From positions 248,001 to 312,000 of the forward strand of contig OZ025798.1 of assembly GCA_964019425.1 (NCBI GenBank): a DNA stretch of 64,000 bases, written 5' to 3'. The notes under the pieces were generated by a model. That model worked only from the letters and a program-made list of their open reading frames with translations. It did no database searches and had not been told where the DNA came from. Positions 52,046-64,000 of this stretch are shown here, one piece after another. Source of the stretch: Flectonema sp. DT1601 (Eukaryota). Within the stretch, counting starts at the first letter, position 1. Every line of letters starts with the position of its first letter. Position numbers and translations under genes: made by a program.

Positions 52046-53278
52046 CTAATTATAGTCACCGTTGGTATAAGATTCGCTTTTATCATAAAAAGACTCGTCT
52101 TTTTGGTCTGCTGGTTGTGATTGCGATTCTATAGTGTCTAAATTTTTATTTTCATCAAATACTATCGACTTATCAATATCTGCTGCAGCTTTCTCTGGAT
52201 CGGGAAACTCAGAAGAAGTTTCACTACCATCACCAAGATCCGGGTCTGCCGACATAGTCTGAGCTATAATTTCAAAAAGTTGAGACCACGATTTTGCCAA
52301 CCCAGATGATGGTCTCACAGTAGGGAGTACGTCTATAAGAGCTTGCCCTGCTGTAATATAATTACACTCGCGAACACCATAAAATGCGTGTCGGATACCC
52401 GCGTCTCCCAGGCTAGATCGCACTGCCTGAATGTCAGGCAGTTTTTCTACTATGTCATTAAGCTGTAATAAGAATCCACAAGCAGTGAAGTCTCCATCAA
52501 CATCTGCGTATAAATCCCTCAACTGAGCGGCTCTTTGAAACAACCTCAAGTAGTATGACTGCTCTAAGATTGTTCTCTCTATTGTAACTGAATTCCAAGT
52601 ACTTTTTATATAGGCAACGTCATCTTGTGTGAGTTTGATTACTTTTTTTTGAATTTCAGGGACTCCAGGAAGTTCTTTTTTTATCTCTCTTCTGTGTACC
52701 GTTACGAGCGTCCTACACAAATAAGCATAGAAGAATCTCCATGCCTGTTTTGTTTCACCGTCTAAGCTGTCACCAAGTGAACGTGCTAGTGTTGTTTGTA
52801 TTGCTTGCCATAAAATGTTGTAGTGATATTCTGATATGTTATATTTCGCATGACGTTTTCCTATGTCGATTATTGGTTGTAGGAACTTACTGCGTTTCTT
52901 TGATGGAACTTTTATTGCCTCTCCGATTGTTATGATACATATTTTGAATGATTTAGTGAATCGTTGTCCTAAACTCGCAATTGACACCTGTCTACTTTCG
53001 AATAACTCTTTCGTGTCATAGCTAGCGTTAATCATGACGTCGAATATCTCTTCTCCAATGTTGGTATCTTCTGAAACTGTTTCCCATGATCTTTGTACTA
53101 TCATCATACTTTCAGTTGTAATCCCAAGAGATTTCTTTCTTTCTTTACTTAATCCTTCATCAGTCGCTCCGAATAACGCAAAACCATTATCTTGTGGGAC
53201 TGGAGTATCAAACCTCTCATTTTGTAATTGGGATTGAGAGTTACGTTTACTGACAGGTGTTGAATGCCCGCATCCCAT
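52046..53278 (-). CDS. Two-domain globin with N-terminal acylation motif (410 aa)
   Basis: Start MGCGHS at 53278, just after a pyrimidine tract and CAG. Two globin folds: VQRSW..TKELF..IGKRHAKYNI..AW and IKSTW..LRDLY..GIRHAFYGV..SW. Confidence 0.85.
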   Translation of the reverse strand: MGCGHSTPVSKRNSQSQLQNERFDTPVPQDNGFALFGATDEGLSKERKKSLGITTESMMIVQRSWETVSEDTNIGEEIFDVMINASYDTKELFESRQVSIASLGQRFTKSFKICIITIGEAIKVPSKKRSKFLQPIIDIGKRHAKYNISEYHYNILWQAIQTTLARSLGDSLDGETKQAWRFFYAYLCRTLVTVHRREIKKELPGVPEIQKKVIKLTQDDVAYIKSTWNSVTIERTILEQSYYLRLFQRAAQLRDLYADVDGDFTACGFLLQLNDIVEKLPDIQAVRSSLGDAGIRHAFYGVRECNYITAGQALIDVLPTVRPSSGLAKSWSQLFEIIAQTMSADPDLGDGSETSSEFPDPEKAAADIDKSIVFDENKNLDTIESQSQPADQKDESFYDKSESYTNGDYN

Positions 53279-54148
53279 TGCTGTGAGGGAGATGAGATAT
53301 ATTTGTAAAAAGAACACAACAAAAAAAAAAAAGAAAAAAAACAATTCTTTCTAATTCGTGTCACAAAAGCTATCTTTTTTCCCATACATTGAGTTATTCT
53401 ACAAAATAAAAAAATAATAATTTTTTCCCCTTAAAAATTACATCATTTTCATCCAACAAATTACTTCTAAGGAAACAACTACAAAAATGAAATTTGACGA
53501 CAATTTTACTTTTTTTTTTTTTTTTTTTTGTTTAAATCAAGACTTTGATGTTTGATTTAAAAAAAAAAAAAAAAAAACGGAACCATCTGAAGAAACAAAG
53601 AACAACAACGTGTTTGCTAAAAAAAAGAAAAAAAAAAAACAACTGTAAAAGTGGTGCATCAATGCTGTAACAATGGAATACAGCTTCGAAAAAAAGAAAA
53701 CTCGATATTATTTCAATCGGGAAAAATACACAAAAAAAAAAAAAAAAAAGAAATTCAATTGCCTGCCATGGTTTATTGGATGACAACAACCGAATCTTCG
53801 TAAGCTGAAAAATTGAAAAAAAAAAAAAAAAAAAAAAATACAAAAAAATATAATGGTTGAAGCCAAGTGCTTTTACAAGCACATCAAACAACAAAAAGAA
53901 AAGAAAAGAAAATCACGCAACAAGACTAAAACACACATTTTAAAGGAATGCTATCCAAATAGAGCAAAGAGCAGAGAGGGAACTACAGTGAAAAGAAAAA
54001 TAGTAAAGAACAAAACTAAATATAACCTGATAAGCCACATTGTTAGATCTTTGTGGAGAAATTTCTGAGCGATGATAAAAGGTGATACGATCTCAGAAGT
54101 CTTTATTTAGAAGACTCGTCTACAGAATCTAGGTACAGCTTTTTATTA

Positions 54149-57100
54149 TTACTGTTCAGTCGTACCATCGTTGTGATGAAGTGCTGAGTGCTTTACGGTG
54201 TTCAAAAGCTCAAACACATCACTGACTAACAACTCGTGTTCACGAGCAGCTAACGACACGCAGGTGCTTAGTGACTTCCCCTCAGTTCCTGATCGTATTG
54301 TTCGGAGAAGTGATGTGCTCGCCTCAATGCGATCTACTTTATGTAGTGTTTGCGGAACAACTCCTTTCATGTCTCCGTTTGATAATTGAATACCAACTCG
54401 ACCCCTTGAGTAACCTGTCACTCTCGCAAGTTGATTTTCGTGTCTTACAGCTGTTCCGATAGGAAAGTCCTGTTTTGTTTTTTTTGTTTTTTCTATTTTC
54501 GAAGTTTTGTAATTACTTTGTAACTATCACCCCTTCATCTTAAATACATACTGAAGGACTGTCACACTTAGATAACATCTCAGGCATTACACCGACTCGG
54601 ACACCGTTCGGGAATTCAACACCGATGCGGCCACGGTTGTGGCCGGTGATACGACCTCTCATTTTGACATCGACGGTGCTGCCGACGGGGAATTGTTCAG
54701 TCGTTGGTATCTGAAGAGGACTGAGTTCCGAAGGAAGGCATCCTATTTTAGAACCATTTTCAAGGATAACTCCAAATCGACCTCTACTACTCCCGATAAC
54801 AACACCTGAGAATTGTCTACGAAGCTGAACTGATGTCCCAATCGTAAAGTCACGAGACAGGGCTTGTGTTTCAGTTAGTATTGTTATCTTAGTGGGTAAG
54901 ACTCCTCTCGTCTCTCCAGACTTCAATTCAACACCAATTCTTCCTCTTGCGCAGTGAGTTACCCGTCCATACTGTCCGCCAACTAAAACAGGTGTTCCTG
55001 GTATGAATTTCTCTTTCATTTCACCATCCGAAAGCTCAGCAACTCTTACATTACAAGGAAGGACTCCAACAGTTTTTCCATCCTTGTCGAGTATCACTCC
55101 AAGTCTACCTCGTGAATGATGACACACTTCTCCTCGTAGTGACATCACTCTGACATGAGATCCAATTTGGAATAAATTATTATAACCAAACACCTCCTCG
55201 TTGTTGCTGTCAGTTCGAACTATTTCGTGAGGAACAACTCCAACGATCGAACCGTTTGGTTTTTGAATTCCAATTCTTCCTCGAGAAACACCAGTCACAG
55301 TTGCTAATTCATTAGTTGATTTTATAATTACCTGCTGACCTGTTGGGTAGATACTGTCGAGGTGACCTTCGAGTGGTTTCAGTTGTGGAGGTACAACTCC
55401 TCGTTGTGATCCATCAGATTTCATTGTCACACCAAGACGACCTCTTGAAGAGCCTGTGATGATTCCGTCTTCCATAATGACTACTTCTAATCCAACTGGA
55501 TAGAGGTGTTTTATTTGCTGATCTTCAGTTGGAATTGTGATGTTTGTTGGAATCACACCTTTCACAACACCATCCTCAAACTGTACACCAATACGACCTC
55601 TTGAACAGTAGGTGACACGTCCTAAACGATTAGCAACTTTAACAACAGTGTTGTGAGAAAACTTTTCCTTTAACTCAGAATCGCTAAGCTCAGCAACTCT
55701 TACATTACAAGGAAGGACTCCAACAGTTGTTCCATCCTTGTCGAGTATCACTCCAAGTCTACCTCGTGAATGATGACACACTTCTCCTCGTAGTGACATC
55801 ACTCTGACATGAGATCCAATTTGGAATAAATTATTATAACCAAACACCTCCTCGTTGTTGCTGTCGGTTCGAACTATTTCGTGAGGAACAACTCCAATGA
55901 TCGAACCGTTTGGTTTTTGAATTCCAATTCTTCCTCGAGAAACACCAGTCACAGTTGCTAATTCATTAGTTGATTTTATAATTACCTGCTGACCTGTTGG
56001 GTAGATACTGTCGAGGTGACCTTCGAGTGGTTTCAGTTGTGGAGGTACAACTCCTCGTTGTGATCCATCAGATTTCATTGTCACACCAAGACGACCTCTT
56101 GAAGAGCCTGTGATGATTCCGTCTTCCATAATGACTACCTCTAATCCCAAGGGGTACTTTGCTTGGAGAGCTTCATTCTCAGTTAGAATGATGGCTTTTT
56201 GAGGAATCACACCGCTGGTTGCTCCGTCAGGGAATTCAACACCTACTCTGCCTCTGAAAGTTCCAATTACAGTTCCGAGTTTTCCACCAACACTGACTGC
56301 TGTTCCTTTTGGGTACTTGTCAGAGAGGTTCTCTGATTCATCAGCATCTTGATCTCTTTTGATATTTATTGGAAGCGCATCAATCTTACTCCCATCTTTC
56401 AATTCAACATCTATCCTTCCTCTGTGATGAGATATAACCTCACAAGGTAACCATTTAGTAACTTGAACTTGACTTCCAATTTTAACACTTTTAATTACCT
56501 CCATCTCTTCTTGTTGCTTCTTCTTAATTTCACTGCAGGCATCAAATAAGTGCGCCAAGAGTGCTCTGCTAGTTGCAGCAGCTCTGTATATTTGATTGAC
56601 TTTTTGCGTGATTTGTGGATCTTCCGAGTGTCCACCTGGCATGATAAGTCCTTTTAGGATGTCTAATTGTTTGATTATCGGTTCTGCATTTGTTTTGGAA
56701 AGTTGGTTGCTATTGTTCTCATGTTCCCGACAGCGTTGTTCTCGGAGGAGGAGAGATTTTTCAAGTTCGACAAGGCGATCGGATTCCTTTTGGAGACGTA
56801 ACTCTTCCAATCGTATGAAGTTTTCACGTGATGACAATGCATTCTCACTTTGGACATGAGTTCCTTGAGGGATTCGATTATAATCAGTTGGACACTTATT
56901 ACTATGATTCCAAGATGTTTCTGGTCGATTTGACATGTCAGTCTTTGATAACACAGAAGGTGACTGTGCTTCATAAGAATGATTATGATTATCTCCCGAT
57001 CCTCCCATGTAACCACGTCCAGTATTAGTTGCAGCTGGTGGAGATGGTGATCGATGATGGTCTGCTGGAAGTGTTGAACTATTTCTATCCATCATACAAG

Positions 57101-58070
57101 AAGTGTATACTTTATGTATCCATTGAGCTACTACTCCTGCTGTTGATGAAGCAGCTTTGATATCGTCAGGTGTACTGTCTGGGTCTGTTATGAAATCTCC
57201 TATTTGAGATAAGACACTATTCGGAACTTCCTTTTCATCGAAATTCGCCAACTCAGTAAGAAACACAGCCGAACCAAGACGCTCCTTAGCACCTGCCCAT
57301 GTAGTTTCACTGTAACTACCAATAAGGTTTAGCATCACAGAGACTGTTCTAATGATGAGCTGTGGAGGTGCTCTCAGCTGTCGAAGTTCCTTTATGATTG
57401 ATGCATCAAGACCACGAAGGGGATAACTCGATGGGTGTGTAGCTGAGTGTGGTCTCTTCTGAGGAGACTTAAGCTTGCTTGAAATCATCCCAATAGTAAG
57501 TGAGCTGAAGTCTAATGTTGGAAGTGCGCATACTAAGTCTGCATCATCTAAGGCTTTCATGATTCCTTGTTGCTGTTGTTGTCTTAATTGCCTTACACAA
57601 CTTCCAACAGACACTCTACATGATGTAAGATCAGCATTGTATTGCGCAGAGTGTTTTCTTGATAAAAGGATAAACCTCTGAGAGTCTCTGACTGCTTTTT
57701 CACATACTTTCAATGTGGTTGTTGCTATGATGTGTTGTCTGCCTGCAGCACCAGTAGGATTTCTTCTACCTACCTCATGAAGCTTACTAGTTAATAATCC
57801 TAAAGAGTCAATATACGGTTTTAGTATTGATATTAGCATGGCGTACTCTTTAGCTGCTTGCGGTACTGAAACATCTGTTTCTGATTCATTTATTTCTCTT
57901 AACAGTCTGGCTTTTGGTCCAAGTGGTAATGCTGAAATAAGAGTTCCTTTTGCTTGTCTCAAATCTTCCATTGTATATAATCCATGTGACGCAAGAGTAT
58001 CTTTGTACTTGTCCAGTCCTAATCTCATTAACAAGACATCAACTTCAGTCGTTGCCCTTTGAGAAGACAT
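54149..58070 (-). CDS. SAM domain + dynein-stalk microtubule-binding-like domain + coiled coil + 13 'RGR(I/L/V)G(V/I)' repeats; exons 58070-54552, 54469-54149
   Basis: Long ORF. An 82-nt intron (GTATGT...AAACAG) joins in frame to a 13th repeat (DFPIGTAVR..TGYSRGRVGI). Confidence 0.8.
55032..56147. repeat. Recent intragenic duplication: ~55032-55493 and ~55686-56147 (654-nt offset)
   Basis: Near-identical DNA and protein blocks, each covering three repeats. Confidence 0.9.
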
Positions 58071-58322
58071 TTTTTTTTTTTTTTTTTTAGAAAACTGAAA
58101 TAAATGACTTATTGTGTTGTCTCAATCTACTATACATAAAACCATAGAAGATGATTGTTAAACAGGCTGATCATAAAAAGAGGCGATAAATAAAGTACAA
58201 TAAGAAGATGGTAATAAAAGGAATGATTTTCATAGAAGCTGTGAAACAACCATCAAAACCTTGGCGTAGTGTAAATGAAAAAAAATAGCAGGCGAAGGTA
58301 CAAAAAATTATAACAAAACAAG

Positions 58323-61300
58323 CTAAGTGATACTGACTTCATCAGGCCTTGACATAGCAGGGGCTGACTGAGGACGTGCAGCTGTTTTAATTCTTCTTTT
58401 AAAGAGAGAGAGTGAACCAACAGAAGTCTCCAAGAAAGGAGTTCTTTGAACACCAACTCGACGGAGATAGCGCTGAATTTTCACATTAGTTGGTTGATGT
58501 AGACCACAAGCCCTCTGATAATCATAAATAGAAGGTTGGTAGCACTGATTGCTTTCAACATTAACTAACGGTTGTCTCTTAGTCAATTCTTGATTAGAGT
58601 TTATATCTGTGATTTGTTTTTGATTTTTTTCATCTTTTTTTGTTGATTCTCGTGTTGGCCACGTCACCCAAGACTTTGCAATTGGAGAGACAATATTATA
58701 ATCCGGATCGTATCCTCTGACATATCCTCCAACTGGACTATTGAGTTCTTCAAGTGAAGTTGTTGTACTTTCACATGATGAGAATAATGAATCACAAGAT
58801 GTGCAGGTTCCGATACAAACAACAGATTTTTCTATTTTATTTGAGATCGTCAGTTCGGTCTCAACAGCAGACGTCCCAACTGATTCCATTAAAGTTATTG
58901 TTTCTTCTTCATCACTAACTCTTCTCGGAGTTGGAGGAGCAATCGTAATCGCTGACTCTAAACCTGAGACTCCAAATGAAAACTCTGAAAGCATCGTTTC
59001 CATTGTGGGTGAAGTAAGTGGAGATGGGGAAGCAGCAGACAGTTGTGCTTCAAGGTTTTCAATTCTAAGTCGAGCTTCAATCAGATCTCTGTTGTCACTA
59101 ATTTGAGGAAGACTCTCAGGAACTCTCATACTCGTCGGGCTTCCAAGTGTTGCCCTCCTTCCTGGGCTACCTGGCAGACTACTTGTTCGTATTTCACAGC
59201 GAGAATTCCGAAAGTTTCCGAAATTACTTTCTCTTCGAGATGCTCGTCGCCTCGGAGTTGTTGAAGGCGACACGTTTCTAATATCAGTTTCCTGTTTTTT
59301 GTTGTTTATTTGAAAAGTACGCTATTCCACTCAACGACAATCATAAGAACACATACACTGGTATCAACTCCCTGGGGGATCACACTTGAACTACGTCGTT
59401 CAGTACGAGGGTGATGATGATTTCTTTTAAGTGATACCACAGACTGCTTTCCACGATTACGAGGTGACACTACAGGAATGAATTCATTATTATCATTGTT
59501 ATGTAGTCTGACGTGGTCGAAATTAGACGGCTTTCCGCCAGAGTCAGGAGTGACAAGAGGACCCGTTTCTGAGTCGATTTCCGCAACAGTTCCAGAAGTC
59601 CAAGTGAAGTCAGTGTTATCTTTAACTTGAACCCGTTGACCAACTGAGAGATTATTAACAACAGATCCATTAAGAAAAGGAACAAACTCATCACAAACAA
59701 AACAAAATGTTCCCTCATCATGACTAGAGATTGCAAGTTCAGAAGCGATACCAATACAGGCGCCAACAGTTGTCGTGAATCTCTTTTTATCTGATGCAGT
59801 CACTCCATAGAGAACATTACCTGAAGCAATTCCAATGTTGACTCTGAAAGAGCTGCATCTCATTTTATAATAAAGCAGATTAGTGAATCGAATTGCTTGA
59901 GTGCTGTGTGACTTACACTTCTTACCCGCATTCCATGTTACCAACACGTAGTCGTTGCAGACAACAGAGATTACACCATCAGTTCTTTCAGCAGAAAATT
60001 CTACATTTGATAAAATAGCACTCAAAGCTGTCATCATACCCAACGGAAGATTATACGGTAACATCAATCTAACATAAGCAACAGTAGCAATGCTCGATTT
60101 CAAACCAGTTCTGAGCTGCTTAGCAGACGACAGTACTATTTTTCTTGAATTCATTTCAGCCGTGTTCGCTGCAATTACGCAATCATGTTGACGATTGCTG
60201 AGGCTTTTAGGAAGTATTCCATACACGTCAGCCCCTTCAGCAACACCTTTAAGCTTTATAATTCCATAAGGGATGAGAACAGGATTGTCGAGCTGTATTA
60301 AGTCAGATTCTGATATTTCTGATAACACTTGTTTCGTAATTAGGATAATTCCTCCAGCAGAGGCTGATTCTATGCGAGAAGACTTATTTACAGTAGTGCC
60401 GAAATAGTCGTATCTGCCAGTTAGAGGGTTTTTTTCTGCGTCGGCGTGTCCACAGTGGATACCAATGCGAACTCTAATTCCATTCCATAAATAGTTTTTA
60501 GTATCGATGTCAATCTGTGTTGATGCTGATGGCACAGCTGTTACTGATGAAGGCCAATCGCTATGTACTAAATCAAGTTGGACATTTAAAGAAAAATTTA
60601 CAGCTTCAAAACAACTGTTGAATGCGACCATGAATGCATCTCCGATGGTCTTAACTTCGTATCCATTATGTTTATTTAAATTATTTCTCATAATTGTATT
60701 GTGAGTTGCTAAGGCTATATTCATTTCCGAAGCCTGATCCCATAACATAGTTGAACTTTGAATGTCAGTAAACAACATGCAGATCTTACCTGTAGGAGCA
60801 GCTTTAACTCCTTCTTGAGGAGCGACTTCCTTACATCGTCCAGATAGTGAAAATGGAACCAGTCCCGATATAATAATCCCTTCAGTTATACCTTTAAGCT
60901 GAATACTGCCGTAAGGTATTATTATAGGTGATCGTAGTTTGATCATTACGTCTTTTATGTCAGACATGACTTCGTTGGTTATCGCTACGAGTCCTCCAGT
61001 TGATGAAGACTCTATTTTTGATGCGATGTTCATAACCGGACCGATGTAATCAGCTTTTCCTGAAATAGGATTTGTTTTCATATCAACTGATCCTGTGTGG
61101 ATTCCAACTCTGACTCGAAGTCCTCTCCAGATTGTTTTCCCGTCAAAGTCTTCCCTACAACAGTCTGTTTGAAGTAATGTTCAGAAATGTTCTTTTTTAT
61201 AAATTGAAAAAAACAATAAAAATAAACAATTAATACCTGCACATTCGAGAAGTTCCTCATCCCAGTCAGCTTTAACGAGCGCTTCCTGAAGTGAAAGTCC

Positions 61301-63787
61301 AAACTGACAGGCTTCCAGAGCAGAATCAAAAGCAATAACAAATGCATCTCCGATGGTTCTAACTTCGTATCCATTCGTTTGTTTGATTAGACGACGGAGT
61401 ACTGTGTTGTGAGTGTTGAGACTTTTCTGCATTAAAAGTGGTGCAGCTTCCCAAAGTGATGTTGATGATTGGATGTCTGTGTAGACGATAGTAATAATTC
61501 CAATGGGAGGTTTTCTAGAAGGAGTCGCATGACTGCAGAGATCATCTTCTTCAACTTCGATATCATTATCGCTTAAGATTGCTGTTGGTAGAAATCTTTG
61601 ATATTCATGAAGCATCCAAGCAATGACTGATAATGACTTTTGTATAGGTGTTGGCTTCTCTAAAGTAGAGAGCCAGTCCAGTACTTCAAACTTCATTGTG
61701 GCAACTGCTTCAGACATCATCTCAACTTCTGTTATCGCCTGCCGTAGTTGCTCTCCTTCCAAAACCGCTTCTCTGTCAGCCTTTAGTATAGAAACCGCTT
61801 CCAACATTTGCCTTTCCAGTTTATCATTTTCTTTCTTTGATTGTCTGCAATCAAGTTGCAGTTTCTCAATTTGGTCTTCGAGCTTTTTCACTTTTGACCC
61901 TTCGTCTTTATGCTGTTCGTGGACAGGATTTGGATTCTGTTGCTGTTGTTTCTCTCTTTTTGTGAATAACGCTTTAATAACTTCCACCAACTCTGTGGTG
62001 AGTCGCTTAGCGATGTCGAGTTCACTGCAGCTGTGAGAAACTTTTGTCGACATACTTCGTAGGGATAGAAATAGTGAGTCTGTGTAGTTAGAAGTGAAGG
62101 AAGTTGACGAACCGTTTTGAGTAGCCCGTCGCAAACCAGAGCAAAGCTCGCGAAGGCCGTCGATCATTGCTCCCCAGGCTGATTTTAGAATCATAGCTTC
62201 TGGACTGTTGGACAGTTCTCGAAATAATGATTTCTTTCGACGACGCTTTGACGTCGGTGATATCAGACTTCCCAACATGAATGAACCTTGATTACTATCA
62301 GGAAAGGAAGTATCCTTTACAAAGGACTCTACTCTGCTACTCGGACGTCTGTTGTTCAGATGACTAACATCGTCACCGTCATCGAATACATTTGCTTCCT
62401 CTACGTCTGAACTATCATTTTGCTGTTTCGGTAAATCTTCTTCGCACACACCGCTGTGTGTGCTTCTGCGTCGAAAACTTCTTTCAGCTTCAGACCAATG
62501 AGTACTTTTTCTTTTGAAATCACTGTACTCTAATTCATAACTTTTTGCCCCACCTAAAGGGTCTCCTGGAAAGTAACAGCTGCCGTAGCGAGGACGAGGT
62601 GGGATTGCTGCCGAACCTTCCGGAGGCATTTGCTCTGCGAAATTATTATCAACGCGAAACCTATCACACAGTAGTCTAATGAAGCCGAGGATCTTACGGA
62701 TGTTAGCCCAGGGTAGATTTATAGTTGTTGGAACTGCTTTCATTTTTAAGACTAAATCCGTAAATTGTAAATGCACCTTAGAAGTAGGTGGGTATAACAC
62801 CCCATCAATAACAGTTTGTATGTAACCAATAGAAGGTGTATTACAACGTGGTGGTAGAATTAGTATTATTTTGCTGCTGACATCGTCTCTGAATGAGATT
62901 TCTTCTGCTGCTGATAGAGGCAAGAATTCAAATTCATTTTCAGAGTTGTCAATGAAGTCGAGTCGTCTTCGTGGTTTATAAAGCGGACCTGAGACAGTTA
63001 TCGTAGCAACAGCAGCAGCGATGGTTGCTTCCCTCGAAGATTTGAAAATTCGGATTCTGATGTTGCTTGTTGTTACTTTAACAGATACAATTCCGATTAT
63101 CCCTAACGTCGCTGACAAAATAGAATTCATTGCGACAGAACATTGCTGTTCATCATCTGTCTTACGCCTGCTGACAATTTCCCAATATTTTCCAAAGGCT
63201 GTTTCAGCAGGGGGGCAGTCTCTGACGATATGTTCTTCTATTGAGTTAACAATGTCGGTAATCAGGTCGTGTCTCCAATCAAGTTTTGCTTGACGCTCTC
63301 TCAAAGATCGAGACTGAGCAGGTGTTAAAAAAGCTGCCGTAGATTTCATATGAGGAATATAAGATGTAATCGCTATGTCATGTTTCTCCATGTCGTGTCG
63401 TTCTCGAAGCTCAATTTTCTTTTTTAGCTTTTCATTTTTTTTTTGTATCTTTGGAAGTGAATCTCTTACAAATCTAAGAATCCAAACAGCGTTTGTTAAC
63501 ACATCAGTTGATGCCTGACCTGTTATTTTGTTTGCTATTTGGAGTAGTTTTGCTGTTACATTTTCTTTTGGTTCATGCTCTTCTTCAGATTCCACCGACG
63601 GAACCAAATCAAAAGAATTAGTTGGGCTGTTTAGTCGTTGTGAGTTTCTCGGTGATTTCAACTTTCTCATAGATTTTTTTCGTTTTGTGCTACCTCCTGT
63701 GCTGTCGGATAAAAAGCTGCAAAAAGCTCGTATCTTACCCCTGCTGGCTAAAATTTTGGATGAGTCTTCTATTTGATTCTCCTTCAT
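58323..63787 (-). CDS. Soluble class III adenylate cyclase with two complete and one degenerate catalytic domains; exons 63787-61237, 61164-59357, 59291-58323 (3' end uncertain)
   Basis: Introns 61236-61165 and 59356-59292 (GT..CAG) join three ORFs in frame and restore WRGLRVRVGIHTG. Motifs (Y/F)TDIQSST, GYEV(R/K)TIGDAF and DY.G...N occur twice. No obvious transmembrane segment. Confidence 0.88.
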
Positions 63788-64000
63788 TATTATTTTTGTT
63801 GTTGAATTTTTTTTTTTTCTAAATGTGAAAAATAGTTTTGATGAAATTACTTAACTGAACTATAACATCATCCACGTGAGATCGTTCTTCACCAACATCT
63901 GAACAGAATGAAAGTACAGCTGTGTAACTTATCAAGTAAAGGGAAAAAAAAAATTGTTCCAACGGATTCGGAGAAGAAACTATTCAGATTGAAAAGCCGT

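Noticed and set aside
53279..54068. Phe- or Lys-rich ORFs and the MFFFFFFF extension of the globin
   Set aside because: Artefacts of poly(A)/poly(T) intergenic tracts.

Overview
Eukaryotic, AT-rich genomic DNA. Every credible gene lies on the minus strand, and there are short GT-AG introns. Together with VIPER-like and Ingi-like retroelements and trypanosome-type adenylate cyclase domains, this suggests a euglenozoan, probably a diplonemid (inference). About 1-51.4 kb is a tandem array of 14 apparently intact two-exon genes plus one fragment. Each encodes a signal peptide (exon 1, missed by the ORF track) followed by 3-9 copies of a ~75-aa six-cysteine domain joined by Pro/Thr linkers, 55 domains in total. 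The domain aligns almost without gaps to the glycan-binding small lobe (APT domain) of bacterial aerolysin but has no pore-forming domain, so the array looks like a diversified family of secreted multivalent lectins. The intron of the last gene holds a 7.3-kb nested insertion. The outer element is a decayed, 5'-truncated RNase H-bearing LINE with an 8-bp TSD and a (CTAA)n tail. Its 3' UTR contains a 3.7-kb tyrosine-recombinase retroelement (PHD-like ORF, YR, RT/RNase H) with 11-bp imperfect terminal inverted repeats and internal 28-bp direct repeats. A ~167-bp 'empty' version of that element occurs three times in the array spacers. The last 12 kb encode an N-acylation-motif two-domain globin, a SAM + dynein-stalk-MTBD-like + 13-repeat protein, and a soluble multi-domain adenylate cyclase. 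All protein assignments are by eye from motifs; no searches were run.
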